A stretch of 63,414 bases of DNA, the filler included, from Lenisia limosa (lineage: Eukaryota > Protista > Breviatea): the NCBI GenBank assembly GCA_001655205.1. It is 9 parts of 9 records of this genome, joined end to end, with 100 filler letters (N's around TTAATTAATTAA, not from the genome) between each part and the next. Parts side by side here need not be neighbours in the genome. Positions count along the whole stretch, not along the records: positions 30,531 to 55,720 come from LPNZ01005821.1; 8 more parts are not named here. One strand, given 5' to 3'. Positions 35,660 through 49,399 of this stretch are shown piece after piece. The notes beneath the pieces are model-generated. The model worked only from the letters and a program-made list of their open reading frames with translations, ran no database searches and had not been told where the DNA came from. The position numbers and the translations under genes are program-made. Numbering within the stretch: the stretch's first letter is position 1; each line of letters starts with the position of its first letter.

Positions 35660-38600
35660 TGGTGCTCTCTGTGGATAGGTGCGGTTCATCTACAGAAAGT
35701 GAGAGGGTACCCGTTATAAACTTGATGGTTTCGAATAAACCAGAAAAATGGTCCCATCTCTACCCCCCAACTGGCTGCGGATGATGATGGAAATGTTGAG
35801 GGTGGAACATTGGCTGTGGGTACTGGTTAGGGTAATGAGGGTACTGCTGTTGTATGTGGTATTGGCTCTGGGCGGGGGCCTAGATGGTGAAACTCAGTCA
35901 GTCAAAATAGAAGTTGCTTTGATGTAGAGCTCCCCCCCCCCCCCCNNNNNNNNNNNNNNNNNNNNNNNNNNNNNNNNNNNNNNNNNNNNNNNNNNNNNNN
36001 NNNNNNNNNNNNNNNNNNNNNNNNNNNNNNNNNNNNNNNNNNNNNNNNNNNNNNNNNNNNNNNNNNNNNNAAGGGGAGCATTAATTAATAAAATACAGAT
36101 TGTGAGAGCCACCCTTTCCCACAATCCTGTTGAGGCACATAGTTTGCTTCGTGTGGGGGGTCCATTTTCTGAGGGCTTGTTGTGTGTCCTGTGGCAGCAG
36201 GCTGAAAAATAAAAAAACACATAAAACGTCACTATAGTACACAAGAGTAATATAAGGCGACAAATGGATACCATACCATTTGGGAGGGTATTGAGGGATG
36301 ACCCGGGGGGCACATTGCAATCTAAAACGAAATAAGGCCAATTTGGCTTATAGCAATATCAGACCCTCTTACATTATGAGTGTGTGGGGGGAGCGGCGAT
36401 GGAGTGGGGTGAGTTGTGCTTCCATAGTAATACTATAGGGCGTTATATAGACATGTTGTAAAAATTACTTGTGGATGTGGCTGATGCACTTGGTACTGGT
36501 GCTGCTGGTAGCGACCATGGTGCGGGATTTCAGAGGGTGCAAGGGGCTGCGGTCTGAGCTGTTCGGAGGCCGATAGCATTCCGACATGTTGGTGAAGCAT
36601 GGGAGTGGTGCTGGCGGGCTACAATGTGTTAGTCCTCATTTTGAAATACACAGATCCAAAATATCAGTTGAGGGAGGGGAGTGAACACCCCGCTGACAGT
36701 ATAATTTGAGGGGTTGATCTGTATGGGGACTGGAGCAAGGTTTTCAATTAAAGAATGGGGTGGAATGGCAGGAACGCTGTGTGTCTTGGGCAGTGTGGGG
36801 TCTGTATCTTGCTGAGGAGAGCGAGTTATTTTCTTTTTCTGCATGTCTTTTGGATGAAGAGGATCTCTTATTGGATCTTCTTCTCTCTTCTCTTTTTTCT
36901 TCTTTTCATTCTCTTCCTGCTTCTCTTCTTGCTTATATTGTTGCTTTTCTTTTTGCTTTTCTCCTTGCTTCTCTTCTTGCGTCCCCTTTTCTTTTCTTTC
37001 CTCTTCCTTTTCTTTGAGTTTCTTGCTCTGGGGGGAGGTTATGTCACATTGGACCTCTGAAGGGTCTTCCTTGACAACACTTGACTTTCCCTTTTCTTTT
37101 ACAACTATCTCGTAACATTCTTCCTTCTGTTCTTCCTTCCCTTCAGTACTGATGTTTGCATCCATACTGCCAACAGTAACACTTTCCTCCTTCGGCTCCG
37201 TAACTTCATCTTTAGAAAAGCAAGTTTTCTCAAAAGGAATTGTCACTGAGGAAGTTTCTTTGCCATCGTCGAAAAGGGACTGTGTGGCAACCTTACGAGC
37301 AGAATCTAATACGATCACAAAATAAGAAGAAAATGGAAACAAACCTTGTTTTTTCTTGCCCTTTTTCCTGCGCTTCTGCAAAACCTGTTGAACATCCTCC
37401 TCAATCTTTTCAGCCACTGTAGTTCGAAGTGATTCCTCCGTAACATGACGCAGAATCTCAGCATCCTAGAGTGGAGTCATACAAAAAAAAAAAAAAAANN
37501 NNNNNNNNNNNNNNNNNNNNNNNNNNNNNNNNNNNNNNNNNNNNNNNNNNNNNNNNNNNNNNNNNNNNNNNNNNNNNNNGGGGGTGTACGGTCGGGCTTG
37601 ACGTTGAGCTTCTTTCCCCAAGCTCCTTAAATGGATAATTGGACTTATCATGTTGTTAAAGTAAACCCTCAATTGTAACAACCTCCTCCAACCTTTAGTA
37701 ATTGGCGCTAATATCGGCTTGGGACTGTGAGCACCTCCAAGTGTCTGAAGAATAATGAGTTACAAGTCGAGAATGAATTCTAAAATAAAGGATCCCCTCC
37801 CCCCCACAGGAAAATGCTCTTTTTCAGGGTCAGCAAATTCGCGTGCAGTGTCAGCTTGTCTTTGCTCTTTCACCCAAACAGGTACAAAGTCAGCTGAATG
37901 TAAATTGCATTCATGTTTGAATAGTGTGATGGTTTGGGTTTTCAAAGAAATAAACCCAAACCATCACAATACCCATTAATCACTTCAATATGACTTTTCT
38001 TGATGCAAGAACACTCACCATTGCCCTCCTGTCCTTGCATTCTTCGTGCTATTTCATGATCATTTTGGTACATCCCTGGGGAACATAAGCAATATGATGG
38101 GGAAATTCATACTTATTCTTTCCGTCTCGTGAGCAATGTAAACAAGGTCATGCTTGAACTTGTGCGTGGTCACAGGACTAAAGAGGTCATTCATTCTCAA
38201 TAACCCCCACGTCATAAATGCTTTCACCGCGATTGCCGGTAGAGAACCCGTTGATTCAATGAGGGCTGACGGCTTGACAGTAGCACGAGGGTTCTGAACC
38301 ATAGTGGTCTTGCTGCACTGCATAAAAAAGACTTACTTAAAAATACTATATTACAATATATGCAATGATTGGGTGAGTTTATACTTTAATCGAAATCTCT
38401 TATAAGCATGATGGTATAGACGGCTCCATTCTACATATAAAATGGGTTTTGAAACAACAAAAAACAAAAAATGATTTAAAAAATAGACTCAGGCCCCAGG
38501 ATAGCGAAAAATATAATATCATATTATATCAAGTATTATACATATGAGGGTGGGACAGCAAATGCCTACACAGTCTCACAGCACGAGGATATAAGGGAGT

Positions 38601-41600
38601 AGACGGCACCTTGTGCCCAGGCCAGAACTCCAGACTTATCAATGCTTCGAGTGGCGTCGTAATGGTTCCTGAAAGTAAACCAATCATTTNNNNNNNNNNN
38701 NNNNNNNNNNNNNNNNNNNNNNNNNNNNNNNNNNNNNNNNNNNNNNNNNNNNNNNNNNNNNNNNNNNNNNNNNNNNNNNNNNNNNNNNNNNNNNNNNNNN
38801 NNNNNNNNNNNNNNNNNNNNNNNNNNNNNNNNNNNNNNNNNNNNNNNNNNNNNNNNNNNNNNNNNNNNNNNNNNNNNNNNNNNNNNNNNNNNNNNNNNNN
38901 NNNNNNNNNNNNNNNNNNNNNNNNNNNNNNNNNNNNNNNNNNNNGCCAAAGGAGTTCAGTTTACCTTTAATGAGAACATTGGCTGTCACACTGAATGGTC
39001 AGTGTAACAAAGGAAACAAGAAAATCAGTATTTCACATCATTTAAAACTTGTATATAATCAGTATTTCACATCATCGCATACTTGTATATAGCGGTGAGG
39101 GCCATCAACTCAACCTCGCCTCCCCAGGCCACAGGGTGAGCCATGTTTTCAAGGTAACTGATGCGGTGAGAACGGAAGGGAGCACTATAAATTCAGCCAA
39201 TCTAACAACCACTCATTAATCATTTCTTCTACCCTCTAGAAGAGACATGTATTGTTGACACTGATAGTTATGGATTTGTCAGCGCCACCCCCCCCCCCNN
39301 NNNNNNNNNNNNNNNNNNNNNNNNNNNNNNNNNNNNNNNNNNNNNNNNNNNNNNNNNNNNNNNNNNNNNNNNNNNNNNNNNNNNNNNNNNNNGATGGCGA
39401 ATGACACGTTGGCGACAGTGTGCGTGGAGTTCTTGTGAACCGTGCATCTAGACGGGTCAAACTTCAAGTGTTTCACTGTCTTGTGTGGATAGCTTTGATA
39501 TAATCTTGACCCCTTCCCTCCCACAGCCTCAGCAAAAGCGCGGAACAGACAAGCGCCATCAGGCAGAGTTCGAATCCTCCGCATCAGATGAGCGTCCAAC
39601 CAGCTATCTGCTAAAATATCCTCCTCTGTAGGGTCCTCCTAGATAGTTGGGCTTGCCTCGGGAATATGGAAAAAGAAAACATGCAATACTCATTTTATGA
39701 AGTTTTGGATTGCTATAATATGATGAATATGGATTAAGAGGGTTTCACTATGCTCATAATTGATACTATGTCACATTTATTGAATGAGAACTTAGGAGCA
39801 TGGATAGGGGGGTCAGGGACTCACCATAAGGGAAATAGGGCTCTCTTCAGGGGGTGCAAACTCATCTTGGGGCCTTCTGAGGAGATGAATTGAATTGAGG
39901 TGGGGTTTCAAAAACGTCAAGAGCATACACTTTAACCCTTGACGAGTTGACGCCTCTCCATTTAGAGCTAAAGCCGGGTGGTGCAGGTGGCATTTCCTTC
40001 TCTTCAGCTTCAGCAGCCTGTTAACGATAAGAATGTAATCAGGTACCCTTGAGTATACTTTCTCACCACTTCCAATCTTTTTCTGGAGTTAAATGTATTA
40101 GGGAATTCGAGAAATAAATTCCCTTTGAAAAGAAAGCAACATACTTGCGAAGAAACTCCAAGGGTTGGGAAATCTTCCACATGATTTTGGACAGGATTCT
40201 TTGGCATTGTTCTAGTTGATATTTGCTTTGGTGCGGGCTTCGGGGAAGTCAAGGGAAGGTCATCGGGATTGGCTTGGGACTTTTTTTCCTCTGCACGTGT
40301 CAAACTTGAAAAAAATTGGGTTGTATTTTTAAATCACAGTTAAGGCACACTCACCATTTCTCATAACAGCCCATGTCTTGCTTGAGGAGCTGAGTGTCGT
40401 ACTGAAGAGTAAGTCCAATTAATATCAGCCATCAAATAGTCACATCGTAACCTTGGATGAACTATAAAAGTTCGGAGAGAATCGTCAAAATAGAGATATT
40501 TAATTAGTCCTAAAAACCCAACGCACTCGGGAGATTGGTTTTTTTCCAAGGCTGCAGGTGAGCGTTGATACTGAGCTTGTCAGAGAAAAAAAAAGAGGAA
40601 AAGCTCCATATTCAGGTAATGATCGAGACAAAGATAAAAGAAAGCACAAAAGGCAGTATTCTTTCCTACCGAAAGTTTGTTATTCTTCTTTGTGACTTGA
40701 GGTCCTTGAGCGCTTCGGCCTTTGTTTTTTCCTTTCTTGCGTCCTGACATTGACCTTTCATTCGATTTTGCTTCCTCTTTTTTGACACCATCTTTCTTCT
40801 CCTCTTTCTTTTCCTCTTTCTTCTCTTCTTTCTTCGGGTTGAAAGCTTTCTCGCCCTTACCAAGGTCCCTTACGGGGGGCTCGGGGGTCAATCTATCTTT
40901 TCTGCTTCCCGAGCCGCGGTGATCATGGTTCTCTTTCGTCTCAGTACAATTGTTGGTGTCAATTGGCGGACTCATTGATTTGCCTGTCAATGAGGTGAGC
41001 AAAGTTCGTATTCAATACCACGTTCCACAACCAAGGAAGAAAGCAACCCACCATCAGGAGACTCAGGATCAGTGTCTGATGTGGCAGCCTTCTTCTTCTT
41101 TCGACGCCGTCGCTTCTTACTCCCAACTACTGCCTGCTGGGTTAAGCTCAAGAGGGGAGAGATCCTTGGGGATTATCAGATGATCACAGAAAGAGATTAG
41201 TCCCCCCCCCCCCAACATTTTCAAGGCATTGGTTTTNNNNNNNNNNNNNNNNNNNNNNNNNNNNNNNNNNNNNNTCTAAGGGAAATAAGTAAAGATCTAC
41301 TATATAACAAAGCTACAAAAACCAGACATACGAACGTCTGATGTATGCTCAATGCCACGTTTAAAGCGCCTAAATAGTGAAATTCGGTGCTTTTTAGAAA
41401 AAAAGAGTTTCTAATTGCACCAACCATACCTCCACTCATGGTGTAAAGTAGCGTGTTTAAATGAGGTGGACTCATCTCCCAAAAGAGTCCATTTTGTTGT
41501 GACCAGTTGATCCTGCAAAGCAAATGAGATTATATCAAATAGTAAGGACATTCCACTATCCATTTACCTTCAAATTGAGTGAACGTGCCTCAAGCAATAT

Positions 41601-42300
41601 CCGCAAGAATTTGATGATGTCTTTAAGAAGCCAACAGAAATACAGCAAATCTTTGTCTTCAATGTACTATATTGTCACTTCACTGGGAAACAAAACTGTT
41701 TAATACCCAATGATTCGATGGAAAATGATGATTAAGGTGCCATACCTCTGTCGAAACGGCGTCGATTGCTTTCTTTTGACTGACGACTTTTGAAAAATCC
41801 GGTATATAAGCTGGGGTAATAATAACGTAAGGAAGAATGAAGTAAAGCAATAATAGACATGGAGCCCAACCAACAATTGTTTGAATCACTCCAAAAGCTC
41901 TTGTTCGTTTGGTGGAGGCGATTGAAAGTCACCATCTGTTGGGTCAATAACGACAACATTGTCCCCACCACTCCACAGGAATTGATCTTGGTTTGTAATA
42001 ATACACATCCACTTTAATCACCTCACCCCAATCCTACATCTTTCAATGCATCTGATTTAAGCATCTTTGGCAAAAAAGGGCTTTTGAACATATACTGCAC
42101 AGTAAGTAATCATTGCAAATTGAAACCTTCGCCCCTCGCCCAACTTCTGGATATTTGGAGCCGGTGAATTCAGCATTATTGAAGACAGTCTCTGGAGGTT
42201 GATGGGTCCTTTGATCATTGTCCACCAGGGCAGGCATGTCATCATCAGAAGATGAGCGCGAACACAACATGTCTTGATCAACCCAGGCAAGCAGGAGAGG
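35660..42300 (-). CDS. Large multi-exon gene with central OTU-like cysteine protease domain and long low-complexity (K/E-rich, P/Q/H-rich) regions
   Basis: Cys box IRTLPDGACLFRAFAEA at ~39525-39575 and His box NHYD at ~38657-38668. Flanking exons include KKRRRRKKK, EDFPTL, the KE-rich ORF 36629-37417 and QYPHYPNQYPQP. Several gaps; could be two genes. Confidence 0.6.
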
Positions 42301-43807
42301 GGGGGGGGGGGNNNNNNNNNNNNNNNNNNNNNNNNNNNNNNNNNNNNNNNNNNNNNNNNNNNNNNNNNNNNNNNNNNNNNNNNNNNNNNNNNNNNNNNNN
42401 NNNNNNNNNNNNNGAAAGCTCAAAGGGTCACAGCAACAATCCTTGAAATGGGATGTCACAATTGTACAGTTGTTTTTTGTTGTTTCTTCCTCCAGGTTGC
42501 TTGATATTATTCTGTGTATTGCGTATATTTATTTTTTATACGCATCAGCTGATTATGGTGCTAAATTTAATAACCTTTTTGAATAATGCATCAATAATTT
42601 GGGGGTATATTCACCCTAGAAACAGAAACAGACTTTTTTTTTGACTTCGTTTTTCTTCCCAATCCTATTTAACCAATATTTACCCGCGCAGAAAATCGCA
42701 TTTTCGCGGGATTTTCGCGGAAAAAACTGGGAAAAAACGGCATTTTCGAGGCGCGGAATTAACAATGAAGAGGAACTTTAGAGTCTAACACAGTGTGGCC
42801 CGCAGCTCAAAAATGGCAAAGTGGGAAGGTGTTGAAAAATGTGGAATGTGGTTTTTTCCATTTTTTCCACGATAAACAGGATTTTTCCTGCTCTTCTCTG
42901 TATTTCAAGTCGTAGAGCTGTTTGATAGTTTGATAGCTGTATTCTATCACCCAGAATAAATCAGCTGAATTTCAACATCGATTTACAGACATGAATTTTT
43001 TTTTCGCTGCGCGAGCTTTACGCGGAACAAAAGGCCGTTTTCGCGGAATCAACGGAATTTTGCAGACATTTTCTGGGAAAACCGCTGTACATAGGACATC
43101 AATGGAACTCGTCTACTCGTTGACTCTACTCCGTTTTCTTAAAAACAAAAAAACAGGGTTGAAACCGGTTCTATACAGGTCCTGCCTGTACTTACTTACT
43201 GACGATCTGACGATAATACAAACTATATGATATTGATATGGGACTTCTAACACTATCTATTTCACACTAAACAGCGTAAAATGGTAGAAGCTGATCTGCT
43301 GTAAAAATACTTTTAGCTCCAGAGAAAAATTGAATCAAGACCGACCCCCTTGGCAATGGGAACTCTGAAATCGTGATATGCATTAGCCTGTCATAACACA
43401 AAGGGCTTAAAAAAATCACGTCCGGAAACGAAAGCGGTATTCATTTGCTTTCACTTGCGGATGTGAATTTAAACAAACCCGCACTATTTCTTCTTTTTCT
43501 CTGTTATAAGAAAGTCGACATAGCGCAGTTTGCGTGACGCAACGTCTGCGCGTGCCGGAGTAAACGCCTCCCACGGCCTGGGGGGGGGGGNNNNNNNNNN
43601 NNNNNNNNNNNNNNNNNNNNNNNNNNNNNNNNNNNNNNNNNNNNNNNNNNNNNNNNNNNNNNNNNNNNNNNNNNNNNNNNNNNNNNNNNNNNNNNNNNNN
43701 NNNNNNNNNNNNNNNNNNNNNNNNNNNNNNNNNNNNTTTGAGCCTCGGTGACGCCTTGATGGTTTTTGACGGAGCTGCTGCTTTGGACCTATGTGGTTAC
43801 GCTTACA

Positions 43808-46800
43808 AAGGGTGCACGTACACTTTTCGAGCTTTGACAACTAGAGAAGGCTGCAGACAAATGTCAGCGTCGAGCTAAACACGTCAACGACGCTAGAGTG
43901 ACACTCAGAGGAAAACACGTGATAAGGCTGACCTGTTTGAGAAGGGCGGCCAGAGAGCTATTGGCTTCACTCCGAGCCAAAGTCACATCTAGGTTCTGAC
44001 TGGATTTCCTGTAGAGTCATAAAGTCTCTTGAAGGAGGTCATTGAGGACTAGCTCAGATGTCCCTTGGTTCTAGAACAAAGAACGGGACTCACATTAGTG
44101 GGGGCTTTAGTTCATGCAAAGAGAACATTTCAGCCATACTCATGGATAGAACCTCAACTAAATACGTAAAATGCTGTTTACTTGTCTTCATTTTTTTTAT
44201 ATGATAATCTTTCACAATTGCAATTGTGTTGCCCACTTCCTGCCCACTGGTCCTCAAGAAATCACTCACCGGTTTTGTGGCTCGAGGCAGCAACAGTAGC
44301 ATTGGCCATAAATGGCGCAGAGAGACGCAAAGTGGCACAAACTACTCTGAGCACTGCCGACACGCGAGACGTAGATCTGTGATCGGAAATAAGATGGTCA
44401 ATTTCCAACCCCTTCTGTAACAGTTTGTAAGATTTGGCTTCAGTCATAAAATATAACAATTCAATAAGCCAACCAATGATACAAACTTTCAATTACGTTC
44501 CCTACTTGCTTATATTCCAAGCTTCTTCAGGTGAACTGAATGCCAACGAGTCAAAAACTGAAAAGCATCAGGGTTGTAAATTACACACGTCAAAGGCATC
44601 CTCCCAAGACCTGTTGCGGCGCGATTTACGGACTTCTCAACCTTATTTATGGCTTTGGAGACTTTGGCCCATCTCTTATGGTCTAAGTTCTGCTGGGTGA
44701 AGATAGGTATGGGGTAGCAGGACATGCAAATAAGAGCTGTTGAATCCATAAATATTTAGAAATCACAAATAAGAAAGTTGTTACAAATTGAAGCAGGCAA
44801 CAATTGACGTTTATTTCAGAAGATATTTTGATATGAACTGAGAATACCAACCTGTACAAGGCTTCTCGACGAACGGTCCTCCATCAACAGCCTTGTGGTC
44901 GCGCTCCGTGCCAGTTTTCCAGGTAGTGATGAGGCCTGGACCGTTGGAACCATTCAGAGACCTCTGTTATACTGTCATATGAATGACCCCCCCCCCTTCC
45001 CACAGAAGTAACCTCCGTACTCTTTAAGCGCATCAGAGTCCCATCTGCGCTGCTCGGCGATTTCTGGCCCTAAATAAATCACTGCATACCCGTAGTGGAA
45101 GTCCATAATTTACCAGGAAGCTTACACCTGCTTTAGTTGCATTAGAAGCGTGGCGCACATCCCGTTCGTCACGGTGTTGAGCAGCCAGGAATTCCGCTAC
45201 CGCATTATTACAACTGACAGCGGCCGCGGAGAGACCATCGGAAGCGGCCTGGCTCGAAGAGATCAGATTCGGATCCAAAGATCCGACAATTGTCTGATTG
45301 AGATCAAAGGTTACATGTGGAATATTAGAATTCATCTATTGTTACAACGTTATATCATGCATATCATATCATATTACATGCGTGCTTATATATTGTACAT
45401 ACACCTTATGATATTATAACATTTGAGCAGAGTTGCTACCAACTAACGTGGAGTTGGCTCAATACCGGTGAAAGCCCATTAATCCTCGAAGCTGCGTCAT
45501 TAAGAGCGTTTGAGACCACAGAGGAGTATGGTCCAGCCTATAACGTAAGTTATTACGATGGATAATCAACAGAGTCACTGACCTGAGCATCGGCAGTTTG
45601 GTGGATGGATGCTGCCGAATGTTGCAGCTGTTTAGTATCAAAAGCACCTGAAGAAAGGGACTGAGTAACCCTGTGTTCGTTAAACTCGCGTCTTTCTGCT
45701 AATAGTATGCGACTAAGCAAACCCACTTGTTACAAACAGTTGCTGCAGCCAGTCCTAAAATAACGATGGGACTTTCAACGGGTGGAGCAGACGTTACCAT
45801 AGACGACTGGAGTGTGAACAAAACGGTTTTCAACCCATTGCTATGCATACCACACCCCATGGGGTAAGTCGTGAGGATGCCTCGGATGCGGGCTTCGACC
45901 TGGGTAGGGGTCAAATTGCGGGAGCTTGATAAGGAATTGGTAATTGGAAATATGTTGTTTCTAAATTTCTTCTATTGTCACAGTAATCTCTCTGTAAACA
46001 ATTCCCACTCTTTGCCTCTTGGGGTCATACGTGTCAGCTCTTCAGTGTTCCATTGAGAAAACCCCTAAAGATGAGTCAGAAAAGTAATTTTCAATAGAAA
46101 GCAAAATAGGAATTGCAAGCGTTCAGGTAAAATATAAAAACTCCAAGTGTACTTCAATACGCAAGTTATTCAAAGGACTATTAGAATATGATTTCTATTT
46201 GCTCTTCAGACTCTTCGATAGACGGAGCGTTGTCCATTCAACTTTTGGTACTTCTTCTCGTGTCCTAAAATGTCAACATGACTACTGAATCCTGCGAAAA
46301 CTTCAGAATAACTGATGTATCTATCAAACCTTGCAAGGATGTATCCGCGTTCCAAGGTGGTGGTGTCTGTAATAGGAATTAATCTGACTTGTCTCAAAAG
46401 GTTATTCAGAAAACACTACAACAATAACCTACTCGTTTTGGTTTTGGTGACTCGTGGAGAGGCTAAAAAGTAATTAAGGGAGGTGCAGTAAGTAATGCAG
46501 AAGAGAGTAAAGAATCTAATTATAAGCTGACCGAGTATTAGGTGAATTCTACTTCAAAAAGGAGCCAACATCACCATCAGAATGACAGGTGTCAAAATTT
46601 CAAGAAGATTCGCATTATATTAGGACTCCGTGTGATTAATTGTTTGAAGAAATTGGCAAAATTTGAAATTAAAGCGTGTGACAGAGTTTACATTACAATA
46701 TGTCTCACTTCAATTAATTGCACGAAGTCCTGAATTATATGATTATTATAATATCAATTCATCATATGACATGAGATGTAGTACTATATCATATGATTAG

Positions 46801-48868
46801 GTCATAAGTATGATAGATATTATTTCATACTATTATAATACCATATTATATGGTATTTTATCTATTATCAGAAGGTGAAGGCCATCAAACCGGTAATCGA
46901 AGAGTTCTTTTTTGAGGCGACTGCGGAGACTGAGGCTGAATAGATAAATAATGTCAAAACCTTCACCTGAAAGTCCTCCATTTTTACAGTCCTCCTCCAT
47001 TTACCTTTTGTTGACTTTGTGACAAGGAATGTAGGAACTTGTCAAACCCAGTCTTAGGAGTGGATGGGACAGGAGCAGCCTGCAACTGTTAATATGATAT
47101 CATATCATCTACATATTGTATCATAATATTATGATGCAATTGAAAGGAAAGAAGAGCCCAGCATACCGGTTTAAAGAGGTCAGGATACTGCGGGGTCACA
47201 TTCTTTCTCGACCGTGTGGGCTGGGGTGACTGTGTTGCATTACTACCCCAAAAACGACTTTTATTGTATCGCTATATCAAAGAAGTTCCAATTCAGAAAT
47301 GCGATGACAATTTTTTACCTTGTAAATGGCAGATGCGTGTCCTCTTCTTGGGGTCTAAAATGTAAGAGTCCATGTAACAGACCTAAAGGTTGACTCGCCC
47401 TACATACTAAAGGTGAGAAATTGGGGTCATTAGACAAAGGCTTGGTAGAGCCCCTTTTAGCCCGGGGCGTGGACCTTGAAGTTGATAAGTTAGCGTGTTG
47501 GCGTGGCGTGGATGGTGGGACCGGCTTTGGCTGTTTCAGGGTTAATTGAAAGATAAGGCATATCATATTTCATACACTTTGTGAACAGGGATGAGGTAGC
47601 ATTTTTGGTTTGACGGTTCGTTTTGCTCTGAGGAAGTAATTCTACCTACTGCACAACAAATATTGCTGCCTCAATGCAAAGTTTGAAGTAGACTCTCAAA
47701 AATCTCAAAGCACATGTTAACACAAATTTTCTCAAATAACACGAGTCAGCCAACCTTGAAGGGGACAATTTTGAAGACTTGGTGATTACATCCAGGTTCA
47801 AAAGGGGAATTGGGGGGGACGGTGTGGACTTCGGAGGAGGGATTGGAGTAGTTGGCGGGTTGTCTTGGTATAGCGAGGGTTCTGCGGAACAAGCGTTTTG
47901 GGGGGAGGAAGAACGGGATGGCAACTCCACAGGTTCAGAAACCTGACTATTATCATGATCGGAATGGTGGGGGAAGATTTGATTGTGAGATAATGGCGGA
48001 CTTTCTCTGTTCAGTAGTGTAGAGCTGCGTTCACGCTCACTTGATGCTGGATGACCAGACTTTGACAGTGACAGATCTTGGCCTCTTATCTCCGGATCTG
48101 AATGTACTTCATCTGACTTATCTTCCGAGTTATCCTGCTCAGAACTACCACGGTGGATATCGAGGGGTGATTCAAGGCTCTCATGCACTGATTCATCTCT
48201 CTCAGAGTGTAAATATGGGGTAGTGTATGAGTCCATGGTAAGGTCCTCTGTGGCTATAGTAGCCGGGGTTACCGGGGTTATGTCAAATGGAGAGGTCGGA
48301 AGCGTTTCCTGAGACTCGGGCAATGCAGTGTCAAACGGTCCCGGTCGAACGAGAGGAGACACGGTTTCTTCAGGTTGATCCATTGATCTATGACTGCAAG
48401 GGGTTAGCTCAACTGGAGTTGGCTGGAAGTTGGAACCCGGGGAATACCCTAAATCAGAATCGAGATTCTCGGATAGGGTTGACTGGGGGCTATTGTCATT
48501 TTGGAAATCTTCTTTCTTGTTTGCCTCCACAAAAGACTCCTGTAATGGTTTATCTTGAACATCTTCGCCAGCTTCTTTATCTTCAGCAGGCTGCTGATCT
48601 AACGATCCAGTTGACGACTTTGTCGACGATGATATCTGGGTACCAGCGCCCAGACCCGGGCTATCAAGTGAACACGACGACATGGAGTCTGTGACGGGAG
48701 GCGAGAATGGGATCGGCCTGCTTAGGTCGGGGGAGACGTTTGACGGCATCATTGCTAAGGACGCCAGAGTCGCAACTATGTCATTTTCCTCATCCCCTAC
48801 CTCCACATCTGGTGTTTGTGATGAGGGATTACCATCGTTGGGGTCATCGTCATGCTCAGACACCATTT
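43808..48868 (-). CDS. Unassigned large gene: long S/P/E/D-rich disordered exon followed by many Ala/Ser-rich helical exons
   Basis: ORF 47646-48875 (409 aa) starts at an acceptor near 48868. Downstream exons with GT-AG ends include LISSSQAASDGLSAAAVSCNNAVAEFLAA, RWAKVSKAINKVEKSVNRAATGLG and TLARSEANSSLAALLKQ, ending VYVHPL*. Confidence 0.55.
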
Positions 48869-49399
48869 CTGTCAATTATAAGCGAGAATTAATATAGAGT
48901 TATGCATCAAATGGACGAAGGGGAACAACATCAAAAAAGGATCTTACAAAAATTAACAACTCTCTTCTTTTCATTTACCTTCATATCATCTTTATGAGTG
49001 TCATCAATAAACGGGAATATATAAAAACAAAAAAAAAAACAAAAAAAATAAGAGACTTCATGTCAATCGACTTTCTCAGTCATTTTAATCCCTTTATATT
49101 TCACAAGTTAACAAGAAATATTACATTTACAAACATTTAACACATTCTAATAGATTTTAGATACAAGATGAGAGAGAAAACATAATTTATACAGTAAATG
49201 TCAAATATGTACTCAGACATAACATATAGCATAAGTGTATTTATCACGTTAAGTAACTACCCACTGAATGCTAACGGCTGAAGGGCCTTGTGTGACGAGG
49301 CTTCAAATTGCTTTTACTACATTACCAACTCAACTAAAATACATTGCAACTGGTCGATTGCAGCTTGATTGTGTGTGACGCCCGATCAGCGATAGGGAT

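Noticed and set aside
36755-37060. Hydrophobic F/L-rich plus-strand ORFs (also 40722-40922) resembling membrane proteins
   Set aside because: They are antisense shadows of K/E-rich minus-strand exons.
8658-43840. Numerous listed ORFs containing long X runs
   Set aside because: They are artefacts of translating through N gaps.
45033-45650. Talin/vinculin-like assignment for the Ala/Ser-rich helical exons
   Set aside because: Only compositional resemblance; no I/LWEQ or FERM motif was seen.
48287-48694. 135-aa plus-strand ORF overlapping the 409-aa minus-strand exon
   Set aside because: There is no motif or splice support; it is an expected shadow ORF in a GC-richer coding region.
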